Positions 1 to 13,289 of a stretch of DNA of 64,000 bases are shown here, in pieces. The translations under genes and the position numbers were made by a program. This DNA is from Raillietiella orientalis (taxonomy: Eukaryota), in assembly GCA_036172245.1 (NCBI GenBank), contig JAYWIR010000037.1, positions 1,426,001 to 1,490,000 on the forward strand. The letters are read 5' to 3'. The notes below the pieces were generated by a model that saw only the letters and a program-made list of their open reading frames with translations, ran no database searches and was not told where the DNA came from. Position 1 is the stretch's first letter, and every line of letters starts with the position of its first letter.

Positions 1-1849
1 GCGAGGTTCTCCAAAACGCTCGCTTCCTCTCGGCGTGCACCCCTCCATCTTCAATCAGCCGACCAGGCAGCGCTAAAGGATCATTGCCCATCTCCCGCTT
101 ATAGAAAGCAGACGCAGTGGTGGCAGTTTTCCTGTACGGTCTAAGGAACGCTCCTCTCGGCGAAAGGACGCCTCGCGTTTCGATTTCCGCCCCGAAGCAT
201 TTGATATCTGCGACCGGAAGAGGAACAGGCAGCTGCTCGCCCTGAAGACGAAAAGAAAGCTTTTCCGGCGTCTATATCTGGTTCCCTCCCTTGACCGGGA
301 TGGCGTGTCGAAGTGGCGCCGCCTTCTTCCGGGAGTGCGGCGGCCATGGAGAGGCTGCTCCTCCTGCAGGAGGAAGAAGAAACGCCCAGGAAGAGAAAGG
401 GACGATCCCGGACTAGCACCGTCCACTTCTCGTTCCCTCGGGCGGAAATGGTCATTTCTGCGGGGCTGGGAAGAGAACGCTGTCAAGGTCAGAAGTGCAT
501 TTCCGTTACGATCCCCAGGGGCAGAAGTCGCCGCTCCTTTGTTTCCCCTAGCTCTGAGCCTGGTGACCACCTCGATGGGGCATCGACGGTCCGCAGGCAT
601 CCCACCAGTGACCTCCTCTCCGAAATCGGAACGGAGGTCAAGCGTCCCGGACGATGCTCACGCTCCCCAGTAGCATCTTCGGGTGAGAGGGGGCGTGAGG
701 CTTTCATATGAAAAAAACAAAACAAAATAAAGGAGAGATCCGAAGCGACCCGGTACGAGGGGGAGAGGCAGTTTCAACAGGCAAGTGTGTGCCACCCGGG
801 TGAAGTCCACCAAGCGTTCGGTCCACACAGGCTCCATTGGAGAGAACCGAACGCTCGGCAGCCGCCGGTAGCGGCCAACAGAGTTGATGGATTCCGAGGA
901 GGGGCGGACTTTCTTTCCGGCTTCCCGATCCTGACGATGCCATCCACAGCCAAGGAAAAGTCTGGGTATTAAAGCGGATCGGAGGGGGCGTTGGCGGGAT
1001 GAAAACGCACGTCCAGGTGCTATTGCACCTGGACGTGCGTGTGATGGTGATGGTCCACCGCTTCTGCAAGGACCTCAGGCAAAGGGCGTTCTATATGATC
1101 CGCATTGCATACCTCTGTTTGCTAAGGTCGGTCGAGAAGGATGCCGAAGGCATCCTTCTCCTTCAGGAAGAGAGAAGATGAATGAGTGCGTTCGGGAGGT
1201 GGGATCCAACTCCGACCGAGAAAGTCCCACTCGCCTCTTCTTCCGTCTCCTGGTTCCCTACTTGCAGGGTTGTTTGTTTAGGACCCAGTAATTCCCTGTG
1301 CAATCCTTTAAAGAAAGGACCTTCGCCATTTCTTGGAGTCAAAGTACCGGACGACAGCCTCCCCGGCACTCCGGGACCTCGGCTTCGGGAGCGGGATTGT
1401 TCCTTTCGCTGATTCAGGATGGGTCAAGGAGAGGACCCTCCTGAAAATGCACGCAAGACGGGAATGGGACATTGGGATTTTCCAGTGGGGAAAGGACTTT
1501 CCGATGCGCGCGCTGTTGCTGCCCTTGAAAATGTCAGCTCCGGGAGCAGCCGCGTGGTTTTGCAGGAAAGTGGAGGGCTCGTCGAAGGACCTACTGGCCT
1601 GGTGGAAGTGATGAGGCTTCTAATGATGTGATCTTCCACATTTTCCGAGAGTCCTTTGCTCTGGGGAGCATCTGGATCATTTGTATCCGTTAGCATCCGG
1701 TTTTCTTGTTGAGTCCGCGCTGACAGTCGTGTGACTGAGGCTGCCACGCGCAGCACAGAACGTTGTGGTTTCGAAATCCCACCCTCCCTTCACCCTGAAA
1801 AATCGCCGCCAAGAATGGGGGGTGCGTCGTCAGTCCTAAGTTCACTCCA

Positions 1850-2065
1850 CCCACCCACCTCTACCTGGCAGGATGGATCCCGTTGGCTCTGAATGCGGCA
1901 CCTCCTGAACTCCCCCTTGATTGGTCAGAATCGAAAATCCTGGTCCTTCCAGGAATCACGGAGCCAGTTTCCTCTGCCTGTACAAATCGAGCCTTCCTGT
2001 TGAAGGGAGTGAAGTGGTACGTGAATCCGAGGATGCTGGTAGAGCCGATTCAGAGACAGGCTCAT
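1850..2065 (-). mobile_element. Degenerate MADF/Myb-SANT ORF, probably the DNA-binding gene of a PIF/Harbinger transposon
   Basis: The C-terminal part of ORF 1925..2299(-) reads MSLSLNRLYQHPRIHVPLHSL...NWLRDSWKDQ. A shifted frame continues SRGSSGGAA...R*RW. This resembles the MADF pattern (L..Y..HP.LWD..H / W..LRD.Y / KSGxG). It lies head-to-head with a transposase relic. Confidence 0.5.
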
Positions 2066-2299
2066 AATCCAGGCAGTATGCGAGCAGCGAAGGCAGGGAG
2101 CACTTGTCCCTAAGACAAGTGCCCACCCTGCAAGCCGAGGGTGCAGCGTGAGAATTCGGACGGAGAGATTGCAAACAGCCTCTGAAGAAAACCTGGCAGC
2201 ATGGAAGCGGAACGTGAAAAATGGAACCCTCATAGCCTCAATCGCACATCTTGGGAGGGATAGATTCAGCTTGCGGAAGCAGCAGCAAATGTTCCCCAC

Positions 2300-3540
2300 A
2301 CACGCGAGTGGATAGATCCATGCGTTCTCATTCAGTGCGTGTCCATTAATGAGATGTGGCGAATAACACGAGAGAATGGGAAATGGAAAATATCGAGCGG
2401 GGGTTATTGATATCCCTCCTCAAGATACGGGGTCTCTCTGTTCGCAGGAAGATACGAGAAAGGGAAAGGGATGTTTAGAGGGAAGTCGAGATTCCGCACC
2501 CCGAGATAAACGGAATTCCATTCACCAGATGAATTCACACAGGCTGTCGCGTGCACGTGCTGCTGCGAGGGGCACGAACACGTCGGGATGCGAGTGTTCG
2601 CACATGGAAACCTGGGCAGAGCGATGCCGTCTGATGAGGCAACCGCCGGAGTGGGTGCGGAGGAAAGCTGTGCTCCTTGGAAACTCTATGGCTCCCAATG
2701 ACGCACGGGCGACGAGCTGCAGTCCTCCTGTGAAGTCTTGCGCGCTTCCTAACCGGGGAGAGCTTTTCTTTCGAGAGTTCCATTGAGCAAATCCAGAGAA
2801 TCATCCGGAAGGGAAGACGGAAGGAATGCCAGGAGAGCTTGAAGCTGTCTGGCCTGCTTCTGGGAAACTAGATTGAAAAATTCCTCTTTGACCTTCCGGT
2901 TTCGCAAAATGACAGAAATCGATTTCCTTTGCGGAGACTAAGTCCGGAAAGGAAATCTCTCAGGTCATGGAAAACTTTTCGAATCCACTTTTCGTGCTCG
3001 CCTCAAGATGGTCTCATCTTGAGCTGAGTGCTGGGACCACACATGTGAGTTCGGTGATTTCTGGATTTTGTGACCCTTGGAAATTTGCCTTGCATGGAAA
3101 TTTTGGGGGGGATTCAAGCTGACTGCTTAGGTGCGGCTCTCGTGACAGAGACACATCAGTTTGCTGCTCCCGACATGAGGATGGAGGGCAAACTCGGGAG
3201 CAATGAGCAAATTTCTTCACCAAGATGTCGGGCATCACAAATGCCAAATTTCTCCCAACAGAGCCACAGACTGGAATCATCGGCTCAAATTTCACTCGAT
3301 CTGAGATGGCACGAGGATTCGAATAGCTATGGACCATCAGGCAAATCATCAGAGAAGTGAGGCGCTTGAAAGAGACTCAAGCTGCCAGCTTCTCGCTATC
3401 GGAGCAGGAGAACAAGAGGTTCTGTCGAGATGAAGCGGAAGGCGCTGCTCTGCACTCCGGTGCCTCGTCAAAGACGCTGCTTCCATGATCAGAGAGGGTC
3501 CACTCGCCTCGGACAGAGAGTGACCCAAATACCAAACTGC
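2300..3540 (+). mobile_element. Frameshifted PIF/Harbinger (HARBI1-type DDE) transposase relic
   Basis: Ordered motifs across frames: RLMRQPPEW...LLGNSMAPND (~2630-2700), LARFLTGESF (~2738, cf. LRFLATGESF), DCLGAALVTETHQFAAP (~3120, cf. NCLGAIDGxHI..AP), GITNAKFL...FTRSEMARGFE (~3230-3325), LSEQENKRF (~3400). Many stops and frameshifts; no TIRs found. Confidence 0.6.
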
Positions 3541-5251
3541 TTCTGTTCAGGGCCAAGGCCCTTATGCGTTAGGAATGATAAGGTTCTGAATGGGATTTCA
3601 GGATCGGAACAAAGTGCAAGTCACATGTGAACAAGAAGCACAACGTCAAATGACATCACCTTTCACTTTCCAGTCTTCAAGAAAGCAATCGAAGATTTTG
3701 AATCCGCTGATACACAGCTGTTTTTCTCGTTTGTTTTCTTGATGAATTTCCAAGGCTACCTCGCCACAGAATGCCATTTGGGACATGAAAGATTCAATTC
3801 TGGACGTCTGAAGCTATTAAAAAACTGAGACGAAACTGAGACGTTTCACGATGCAATCTCTCCATTTTTCTGCTTCCGAATGGAGTGGAATGACTAGGAT
3901 AAAAGGATGCGTTATTCCTTCGGCCTTTCTTCCACTCCTTCTAAACAGGAACAAAAGTTATGAAAGTAATCCAATTCCACATCTCGTTCCGAAATAATTC
4001 CAATCTATCGGCATTTTTTTCGCCCTTGCAAATGTGTTTCGAAGGCATACACGAAAAAGCACTAGAGAATTTTTAGAATTATTGGGGAAGCATCCCGGAA
4101 AGGAGAAAGACTTCTGAATTTTACCAAGGGCTACAAACAGACATGTGACACTCATTCTCTCTTGGATCAAAAACTTCGAACAGCCACTTTTTTCTTGCAG
4201 CATCGTCCCTCGTGCCACAAGAAGAGTCAGGATAACTCCTCAAGAGTGGGAAACGCAAGATGGCTGCAAACAAGGAAGAACTGCAAACAGTTTTTCTTTT
4301 CAGCTTTCGTACCTTCCGTTTTCTGGCGTAGTTTCAGCGCAGTGCCGTTTTTCGCTCGTTGCCCCACAATACAAAATTTTTCCGCATCCACAAAAGGCGC
4401 GCAAATTTCTGTTGAGGTTTCGTAAACAGCATCAGCTTCTGATTCAGATTTCTAGCTAGCAAAACTTTGTGGATTGGTTCTATCCGAGTCCAACTGATCA
4501 TCTCCACCGCAGCCTCAGTGCGTTTGTTTCGTTCTGAAAACTGGAAGGCTGAATTTCTTAGGGATGGTCATCGAGAGTAAGCCATTCTTCCTCTCACAGC
4601 CTTGAGTGTTTCGGTGCTTCAGATATTCGTAGGGAAACCTACTGCAGGAAAACAGAAAAGAGAGTCGTTGGAGCCATTCTTTTGCGCCTCCAGGAAAGTT
4701 CCTTCGTTGTTGAAGCAGCTTCAATTTTCTTTCTTCCAACTCTTCTGAAAATGGAGCATGAAACTCCAGCTGGTGAATGATGTGTTCAGAGCACGTGAAA
4801 TGATCTCCCTGCACGCATCATCGAGTCTATCATGAAACAAGACACCAACCAAATGAAAAAAAATTCAGCATCCCTGACCTGATCAAAAAGAGACTTTCTC
4901 TAGCATATCTGGAATTTGGAATGTACCTCCACTACCACGGATGCCCAAGTCACTCGATCACCCTCGCTCGGTAGCATGTTCATTATTCGACCAGATGAAT
5001 CCAGCGATTTGGCTTGTCCTCTTTAATGATTTTCCCGCCAATCAAAAACCGTAAATATTTTGAAGAAGGAGGCAGGATAGGAAAAAAAAAAAAAAAAAAA
5101 CCCGACGTCCAGATTTCGGCTTAAATTGCGAGAGCGATTCAGGCGTCGCTCGTAGCAGCAGCTCCTGGTGCCCGCTGCGAACCTGGCTGACTGGGGTACC
5201 GAGCAGGATTTCCTCAAATACGCAGAAATTATTCCGTTCTTTCTCTTCCAG

Positions 5252-5479
5252 AGTACATCGTTGGAAGAACATTCACGTCCATCATCGGAATAGCATGCAC
5301 AACAGTAGGAATAATTAGCACCATTCTGTGCCTTATACTGCTGGTTCGAAAAATTCTCACCAGGAATCCGTCTTGCAAACAAAGAGACAGTATCCAGCCT
5401 TCCATCCAGCTGTCGCTAAAAAATCGAATCTCCGAGAATCACGAAACGGAGAATGCCTTCTCCTTTCACGACACGGCAG
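5252..5479 (+). CDS. Internal exon encoding the transmembrane helix of a single-pass membrane protein (5' part of gene not found in the window)
   Basis: Acceptor ttctttctcttccag and donor G|gtagga; 228 nt, phase 1 to phase 1, no stop. Translation YIVGRTFTSIIGIACTTVGIISTILCLILLVRKILTRNPSCK...FHDTA shows a hydrophobic stretch followed by an RK stop-transfer. Confidence 0.75.
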
Positions 5480-5927
5480 GTAGGAACAAAATGGCGTACG
5501 TCAGTCAGTCTTGGTTTCTTCTATGCTGAAAAGAAAGGAAAACAAACTGAGGATATCACATATCCCAAGATACTTACTCCTCCTGGTTTAAAATCGAAAA
5601 AAGTTGAAGGCATATCTCAGATTTCTTAAGGAAACTGATGATTCCCCAAGATCATTAGTTTTGTTTTGATTTTTGTTTGATTTTCTTGAGAGATGACTTC
5701 GATGTTCATTAAAGTACATTCGTCTCAAAATCTGTGCAGATTTTTCCGAAACTGTACCTTTCATCTTGATGAAAAGTACAGTCATAATAATGCAACCTCT
5801 GTTGAATATCCAAAAAAAACAATATAAAAGAAAAACAGGAAAAATTAAACAGTCATAAGTCTTCTTCATTTGAAGACTGCAAGCAGCAGCTTATTTGTAC
5901 TCAATTGTCAGAGTGTTCTCACTTTAG

Positions 5928-5995
5928 CAGTAGCGGATAAGCAGCTATCGGAAACTCCATATTCCAGCACGAGTTTTCAGCAGCCTCAGCCAAAC
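5928..5995 (+). CDS. Cytoplasmic-tail exon of the same membrane-protein gene
   Basis: Acceptor ttctcactttag (NAGNAG alternative start at 5931) and perfect gtaagt donor. Phase 1 to phase 0, compatible with both neighbours. Reads (A)VADKQLSETPYSSTSFQQPQPN. Confidence 0.65.
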
Positions 5996-6340
5996 GTAAG
6001 TCAGTTCCTTGTGTACACGGAAATCAAATGTCAAAGGCTCAGTAGGGCTAATCATGTCATTGCCGCTATGTTGACTATCACTGTGCCTGATGTGAGCGAC
6101 TGCTGCAAAGTGTCAACACACACGTATTTTTTGCTTTGGTTTCTCTGATTGACGAGTACAAGAAAATGACATTCTTGTTCTCAAGAGCAAATGTCATGCG
6201 AACGGTTCTGTACACAACTGCTGATAGAATGCAGTTGTATCGTCAGGAATGAACTGATCTTTGAATTAATGACGAAAGATCAGATGCATATGATTCGAGC
6301 GCTTCCTTGACCAAAGCAAAGTGATTTTTTTTTTTTCCAG

Positions 6341-6481
6341 GATTTTCCTCATATTTCTTCACGGAAGATGCCAGTTTGCCACAAAACGCTGTTAACTCAG
6401 ACTAATGCTAATGGAATTTGCAGCTGGCAGCATTCAACATTCCACCCTGGAAGCAATCCCTACGAAAAAAATTTCCTGTGA
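6341..6481 (+). CDS. Terminal coding exon of the same membrane-protein gene
   Basis: Strong poly-T-ccag acceptor, phase 0. Reads DFPHISSRKMPVCHKTLLTQTNANGICSWQHSTFHPGSNPYEKNFL*. AATAAA follows at 6705 and 6799. Confidence 0.65.
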   Translation, partial: DFPHISSRKMPVCHKTLLTQTNANGICSWQHSTFHPGSNPYEKNFL

Positions 6482-6704
6482 AACTAATGACTTGATTTTT
6501 TAATATCCCCTTCTAAGGAATATTTCCTATTTCCACACGAGAAACGTGAGAAAACAAGTTCCGAATACGTAAACTTGCAATTCCTTTATTTCCAAGTATT
6601 CCCTCTCCCGGAAATGGGAGAGTGGTAAAAGTACTCCTACTGAGGTGAATATCAGAGGGCGATGGATTGAGGAAACTTGAATAATCTACTAAGTGAATGA
6701 AATG

Positions 6705-6710
6705 AATAAA
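6705..6710 (+). promoter_or_regulatory. Candidate polyadenylation signal of the membrane-protein gene
   Basis: AATAAA about 225 nt after the TGA at 6481, followed by T-rich sequence. Confidence 0.45.
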
Positions 6711-9700
6711 CAAGGATGTATTAAATTATATTTACTTTAGTTGAAGTTTCTTATGTATTTTCGGATCGTTGTAGCACGAATTAATGATAAACATAAATAA
6801 TAAATCAATGCCTAAAAGAAAATCAACTTGGAGAACTTTCGCGCACCCGAGAAAACACGCCTCTTGGCTGCTGGCAGTCCACTCAATACATACGAACACA
6901 TGGAAACGGCAAAATATTGCATTTCATCCGAACAGAAACCTTTGCGGTACTTTCGAACAGTCTCCCGTAAATGTGATTTGAAAAGTTAATGAAGTGAAAA
7001 TCACTAGGGGTTAAGCGAATCGTTCACAAAAATCAGTCGAAGATGCTGGGAAGCGGTGATGGCTGTGCGAAAAGCATACTTCCAAGTTAGCACCGGAGGC
7101 CATCTTAGAATTCGCAGTGGAAAGCGAAGCAAAGCGAAAATTCCTGTTTCCAAAGGGTGCGACCCCTGAACATATCTATCTACCCTATTTTCGCTGTTCC
7201 CTGGAAGCATATTCCCTGCAAGGTAGCTCCCTCATTCATTCCGAAGCAAAGAGTTGCGGTCAGTTGTGAACGGAACTTATTTTTAGCAAATGTGGAATCG
7301 AATTCATTTCTACTAGAACCCGGAAGCAGTTTATTTAGAAGTTTGGGCAGGTTGCTTGGATTTCCCTGCTTCGATTTTCTGCTACCTATCGATTCTTCTG
7401 TTGAAATTTGTACCGCGTTGCCTCCATCAATCTTTCGAGTTGCCATTTATTTTTTCATAGAAAGTCTCTGTAATAAAGAGTGCTCGAGTGTTCTTTTCTG
7501 TTTTTCCATCTTCCAGACGGAAAGCTTCTTGAAGCATCTGATGCAAGTCATGATCCTCAAGGAGTCCTGAAGGCTTGTGCCACGAAAGCTTCTCGTTCAG
7601 GCTTTGCTCCTCGAAGAGCACTTCTCAGTCTGCAGTTTATAGTGCTTGAGCCCTTGCTGCACTAATGTCCCAACTCTGACTGGAGATGTTACAAGAGGGG
7701 TGTTATCAATAGCGGCTGCTTTGTGGCATGCACAGAAAAGTTTTGTTTGCTGCTCTGAGGATGAAAACAGGGAGCGATCTATAATCTCCTCGGCAGAGGT
7801 TTCAGATCAAATACATCTTGCGCTCTGGAAACGAGAAGCTTCGCGCAAAACCTATGCGATGGACCGCGACGATCGATCAGTGTATCTTTTATCACATTCT
7901 TAGCTTCTGCTGTGCATTAAAGTATCGCAAATTTCGGAGATTGGGATCCCACCCAATCTCCGAAAATCTCTTCCATTTCATCCAGCAATTTAAATTCGAA
8001 GCAGAGCAGGCTGTGCTAAACAGGATTACAAGATTATTTTAGCATTGGTATTCATTCGTCCACAGGAAAGAGGGAAACTTATCACAGAGTAATTGATTGT
8101 CATTTATGGCTGACTGGTAAAGCGAGGAAAAGTTGGCTTGGAAAATTACAGTATCCGTCTATTACTTCCTTTCATTTGCAAGCTGCTAAACTTTGAAAGA
8201 TTTTTGCCTCATTGGGAATCTATTCAACTCGATAGACTCGTACCCATTGACCGATTTGAGGATAAGCGCTACTTTTAAAGCCGGAAATTTGACTGGGAAA
8301 AAAAAATATGTCCTCTAAATTTGTTTATGACCTTCTTAAAATTGAAATGGTCAATTCTTGATTAAGGAAAGCTGGACTAAATGCTCAATCTTCTTCTAGT
8401 AGTTCCCACTGCTTAGCCAGAGAAAAAACACGGAGTACTCTGCAAGACGAACCTCAGCCCACCTTCGAGAGATATGCTCTTAAAGGCATGCCTAATCTCA
8501 GATTCTCTTCATCAAGTTACTTTGAGCTCTGAGCGTATGAAACCAAGTTCCACCTTAACTCCATGATTTTTAACGCAAGAGATGAGTTCACTTGGCAAGC
8601 AATTAAGGATGAAATTGGATAAATACAACTCGAAAATGGTGGTTGTTCTAAACATTATTCTGCAATTCATAGATTCATCATTTTAACGTAAAGATTGTTT
8701 GATGTGAAAAAAAAAAAAAACAAATTGAAGTATTTTCAGATATTCCACATGAAAAAGAATTTCCATGCAGCATCATGTGTAGTGATCAAGAAGATTTTAA
8801 TGGAAAAGCAATCCTCCTGAGCTGATCATCCGAGTGAAAAACTTCATTGGAGATAAACATTGCCAGTTTATTCTTCATTGCTTCACTTTATTGGGTGCTT
8901 AATTTTTACTCATCTCCAAAAGCCATAAGAAAGAGTCCGCGGCAAATTTCGAGATTCGTTCGTTCACACGTTTTGCAAGCATTTTGCAAGAGCAGCATCA
9001 AGTATTCCTGAATTCCTCAAGTCCAGCCAACTCGTTGGTTCCGGATCAGATCAGTTCAGGTCCTGAGATGGAACAAGAAGATGGAAAGGATTACATCATC
9101 AAATGCATCGCCTTTGCTCCTTAATCAAGAATGTCGCGATGTTCACATCCTGCGGGCGTTGATGTAGCAAAGTCCTCGTCCGGCATACCCATAAGTGTCT
9201 TTATGTTTAAATGATGATTCTCACAGAAAGTTGCATTACTTCCATAGAACCAACCAATGTTCTCTGGAATCAGGTGACTGGTTTCCGTAGAAAGGTTTTA
9301 TTTTAGTGCGTTGATGAAGTACGGTGGGAAGAGGAAAAGACGAGTTAGGTCTAACCGATAGAAAAATTTGTTGGCGACTCGTAGAGGACACTTTCACTAC
9401 ACGCAATCTGTTTCATATCTGAAAAACTCTTGACAAGGAAAGCACAAGAGAGCGAAAGTGAGATGTTAAGAGTTTCCGGCTGAGAGAACGTAAGCGAGTT
9501 ATGAGATGCTGACTAAGAACCACAAAATCAGGGAAGACGGGTAGGCGGGATTGCAGTGGCGCCGACACTGGCATGCGCTTGTGCTCCAGTGGAACGAAGA
9601 CACGCTGGAGACAGACTGTCAAGATGAGCGTCGGCTCTGGAGATGAGTGACATCCAGATTTCGAGAGCCATGCGACGAAGATGAAAATTGAGCGCATTTG

Positions 9701-12700
9701 ATTGTGAGGTGGTTGAGCAGTGTGGAGTTCCATTTCCTCGATGCCACCTACCGCGTATGACTGCACATTTAACATCTCACTAATGACGGACAGAAATGTG
9801 CACTATCACCAGCATGCTGTTCATGCAATCGTGGAAAGTGAAATGAGCATGAAAGATTAAAGGAGCATAAAAAGCAAGCGACTCAAATGAGGTCTGCCAG
9901 TGCAAATAACATCAAACATCTACTCTCATCTCCAAATCCGCTGAAGGAGTCTACCGTCATCGTCGGTCATTTTGGAATCTTTTCACTTATTCTTTCGATG
10001 CAATATCCTAACCAGACACCGACACCACACGGCATTACGCCAGTCACATTCCTGGCGGGATTTGTTTTCTTCCTCGTTTACGTTCCTTTGTCACATCCTC
10101 CATTACTCTTGCATAATACAGCTGTTCTTATTGTAAGCTGGCGGCAGTTTTGCCCGAAAATTTCCGCTCCTATGCGAATCTTTTTGAGGTACCTGTTTTT
10201 TGTGGGCAACCCCTGCTGTCCTCACAGCTCTATAATTTATCTTCCCATCTTTCGATCAAAAAAGAAAAACTTTCCAGCTGTTTCATGTGCTATTCCTAAA
10301 GCACATGTTTCTTTCACCGAAAGCCATAAAAAGAATGCGTGCTCTTCTGTTCAGGACTCTACCAAAAAAACTCCACCCTTCTACGGTTTTCCAGTTTTTT
10401 TCACAGAATCCATGGCTGAATGGAATTTCCCACTGCAAAAGCACCCATCTTAGAATACCACAGACCTATCATTGGTTTTTCCACGTTTCTTATACATCCT
10501 CAGTATCCATGGTGCACAAGTGAAATGCCTTTTCAAAAAGTCCAGCGGTGCCGTGGAAAACAGTCCAAATCAGCCTTCGACACTCTTGGACCACGTCTCA
10601 AACCGTTGCAGGGAAAGGAAAATGGGAAAATGACAATGACATCGAGAATGACAATCCCCCAGGAAACAGAGGAATAGCGGATATGGCGACTACTGTTCTC
10701 TCTGCATGAAGTCTCTAGCTCTAGTCGGAGGAAACCGCTTTCATTCAGAGTGGTAGAACTCTTACGAACATTCACGTGTTTCCTACAGACGATGGATGGA
10801 ATTCCAATGGAGAAAGGAACAAATCATCAAAACACAGAGCGGACGAAAATGGATGGACTCGATGGATGGACTTCTTCTTCCTGGAGTTGGAGCCAGCAAT
10901 TTGGGATTCATAGGCCCATCATTGGGACTCACAAGAAAGCAAATCAGGGAGGCGGGTTCAATGAAAATTGTAGACGAATTCTGAATGAATTCTAAACAAA
11001 AGAGGCAACACAAGTTGCACTTCTGAAAACTTTCCTGCGTCTTTAAGTCGTTTCTTCCCTATTAATGGAGAATCAAGGAATGATTTTTCATTTCGTCGTT
11101 ATGGAGCTGGTTTCTGACAAATTTTGATCGAAGAATCTGCAGGAGGCTCACTGCATTGATCCATGTACGTTCATTATGTTCTTTCCAAGAATGCTCATCC
11201 GATCAGAAGAGCACTTTCGTTTCGGAATCACACATGCTTTTCTGGACACTTGAATGAGTACTGTTTTGGTACTTTCAAAACACTCACCGGCCTTCCGCAA
11301 CAAGACTTGAGAAAAAATCGTGTTCTGGGACAAGATTTCTTCCTTCCTAAGAATTACTACCAATTAGGACGAAAAAAGCAGACAGCTGTCACCAATTGGC
11401 GTTTCTTTTGGCTGGAGATTCGTTTCTTCAAAAACATGTCATTGCGGTCTTGATGGTGCTATCAAAAATTCCAAGGAACGAATTCAAGCCCGTGTGGGAG
11501 TCCACAGATCATTTCAAGGGTTCTCATCTTCAGCTGCTCACTATGATGCCTGATCCGCTATACCTGCTCTGGGCTGAAACCAGTGAAAAAATTTCTTTCT
11601 CCTTTATCTTCCTTAGAAGCAAATCGGGCAGGAAGACTGAGATGTTGGGAGGTCACATGCCCTTATTTCTATGATGTACCTCAGGGGTGCGCAGACATTG
11701 CAGGAGACTCATGTTCTTCAAACAACTGCGTAGCCTCCTCCTGGTGAAGGCAAGGATACTTGCGGTTAACCTTCTTAACAGATAGGAAATGTAAGTGTGG
11801 AGGAAAGAAAAGCAGTTCTTTCATTGCAAGCAAAAGCCTACCGTCAATCGGAATTCACTACCACTGGCGAAAAAGAGTGCCTAGACCTCTACAAAAGCAT
11901 CCTGGTATTCAGGTTGTCTTGTAAGGTGAAAGGTCCGAACTTTGAGGTTCGCTGATCACTCAGGGTCCAGCATCCCTGTTCAGGTCAGCATGAAAGAAAG
12001 GTGAGCACGGTATGTTTGGATTTCGCAATGAATGACGCACATGAAGCATGTCCCCAATTTCCTGAAACTCAGATAAAAAGGATCAGTTGAAAATGCAAAT
12101 TTTTCGTTAGCTAGAATTCTCGTTTCATTCATTAGATTTTTGCTTCCACTTTCCCGACACAGAGACGAAGTGATTACAGCGCATTCCAGTGGGGAGATTG
12201 CAAATATTTATTTTCAGATAACACGAGTAAACGAAAGCAAATTGACTCTATCTGCCGCATTTATTCCTGTCTACTTTGCCTGGATTTATTTTTCATGCTT
12301 ATTGGCATTGAGTAGTCTTCGAGGTATGCTTACTGATGTCTATCATGGCTTCTGCAAAGTGCCACTGAATTTCTTCAGTAGCACTTTGCAGCAATTCCAC
12401 GCTCACCACGAGTGATTCGACTGCTGGCATTCAGAGCAGTGGCGTAGCAGTCTCCATGTAAGAATTCAGCTGTGAATGGAATCAACCGAACCAAAATTGA
12501 TGATTTTATTTCGGCTTCCCTGGTGACGGCTGGCAAGATTTTCCGGCACAACTTGTCCAAGGGAAGACTTACCTTTAACATTCTAACGGCGTATATGGAC
12601 TTGATTGAAAAAGGGAAATAGAAAAATAAACATGCTCCACTTCTCGGGCAAAATCAGGAGGAGATTTCAAGTAGGAATCGCCAAGAATGATAAGCACACT

Positions 12701-13109
12701 CAATTCATCAGAATTATATCACTTTGGGGATGTTTCTGAATTTCAAAGATAAACAGAGATTCAATTCTCTGGAATCTTTCCTAAGGAAGGAGGGAGCATC
12801 ACTAGTGGGACCAGTATTTCACACGTTCGGTTGATTTCCTGGTTTTTCTTGGCGGTGTCAGCAGTGCTAGGAGGATGCTGAAGAAAACATCTTCGAAATA
12901 CTTTATCAGACAGCTGATTGCAGGAATGCTCACTCCGAACGAGGACATAGAGGCCACATTTATTACACACGAGGCCTTAACTGTGAATTATGGATAAGAT
13001 AATGGGGCTATTGTGAGATAAAACGAAAAAGCAAACTGATGCTCAAATAAGTGGTTTCCTCGAACCCTAGAAAACAGCTGGAATCGTCTGAGTACTTTGA
13101 AAGGGGGAC

Positions 13110-13110
<1 letters not shown>

Positions 13111-13143
<33 letters not shown>
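13111..13143. repeat. (AC)16 microsatellite
   Basis: Directly visible perfect dinucleotide run. Confidence 0.98.
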
Positions 13144-13144
<1 letters not shown>

Positions 13145-13289
13145 TGGAGTAGTTCTGGAAGGAACAGTATTAGCATATGAACAACGTTTTCGAAATGGGG
13201 TTGAAAATGTGAAAAGGAATAGGCAGACAGCGACGACGCTGCAGCAAGAGAGCACAGACAGAGTGAAGCCAAAGTTTTCTCCTCAGTAT

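Noticed and set aside
73..1069. Several overlapping GC-rich ORFs of 100-175 aa
   Set aside because: No recognisable motifs. Open frames on both strands are expected from the GC content, and the region is probably decayed repeat.
9413..10453. ORFs of 120 and 188 aa
   Set aside because: No domain and no compatible exon chain; composition looks non-coding.
11617..11747. Acceptor followed by a Cys-spaced peptide (CWEVTCP...C...C...C)
   Set aside because: Ends in a stop, has no partner exons, and the spacing fits no domain I can name.
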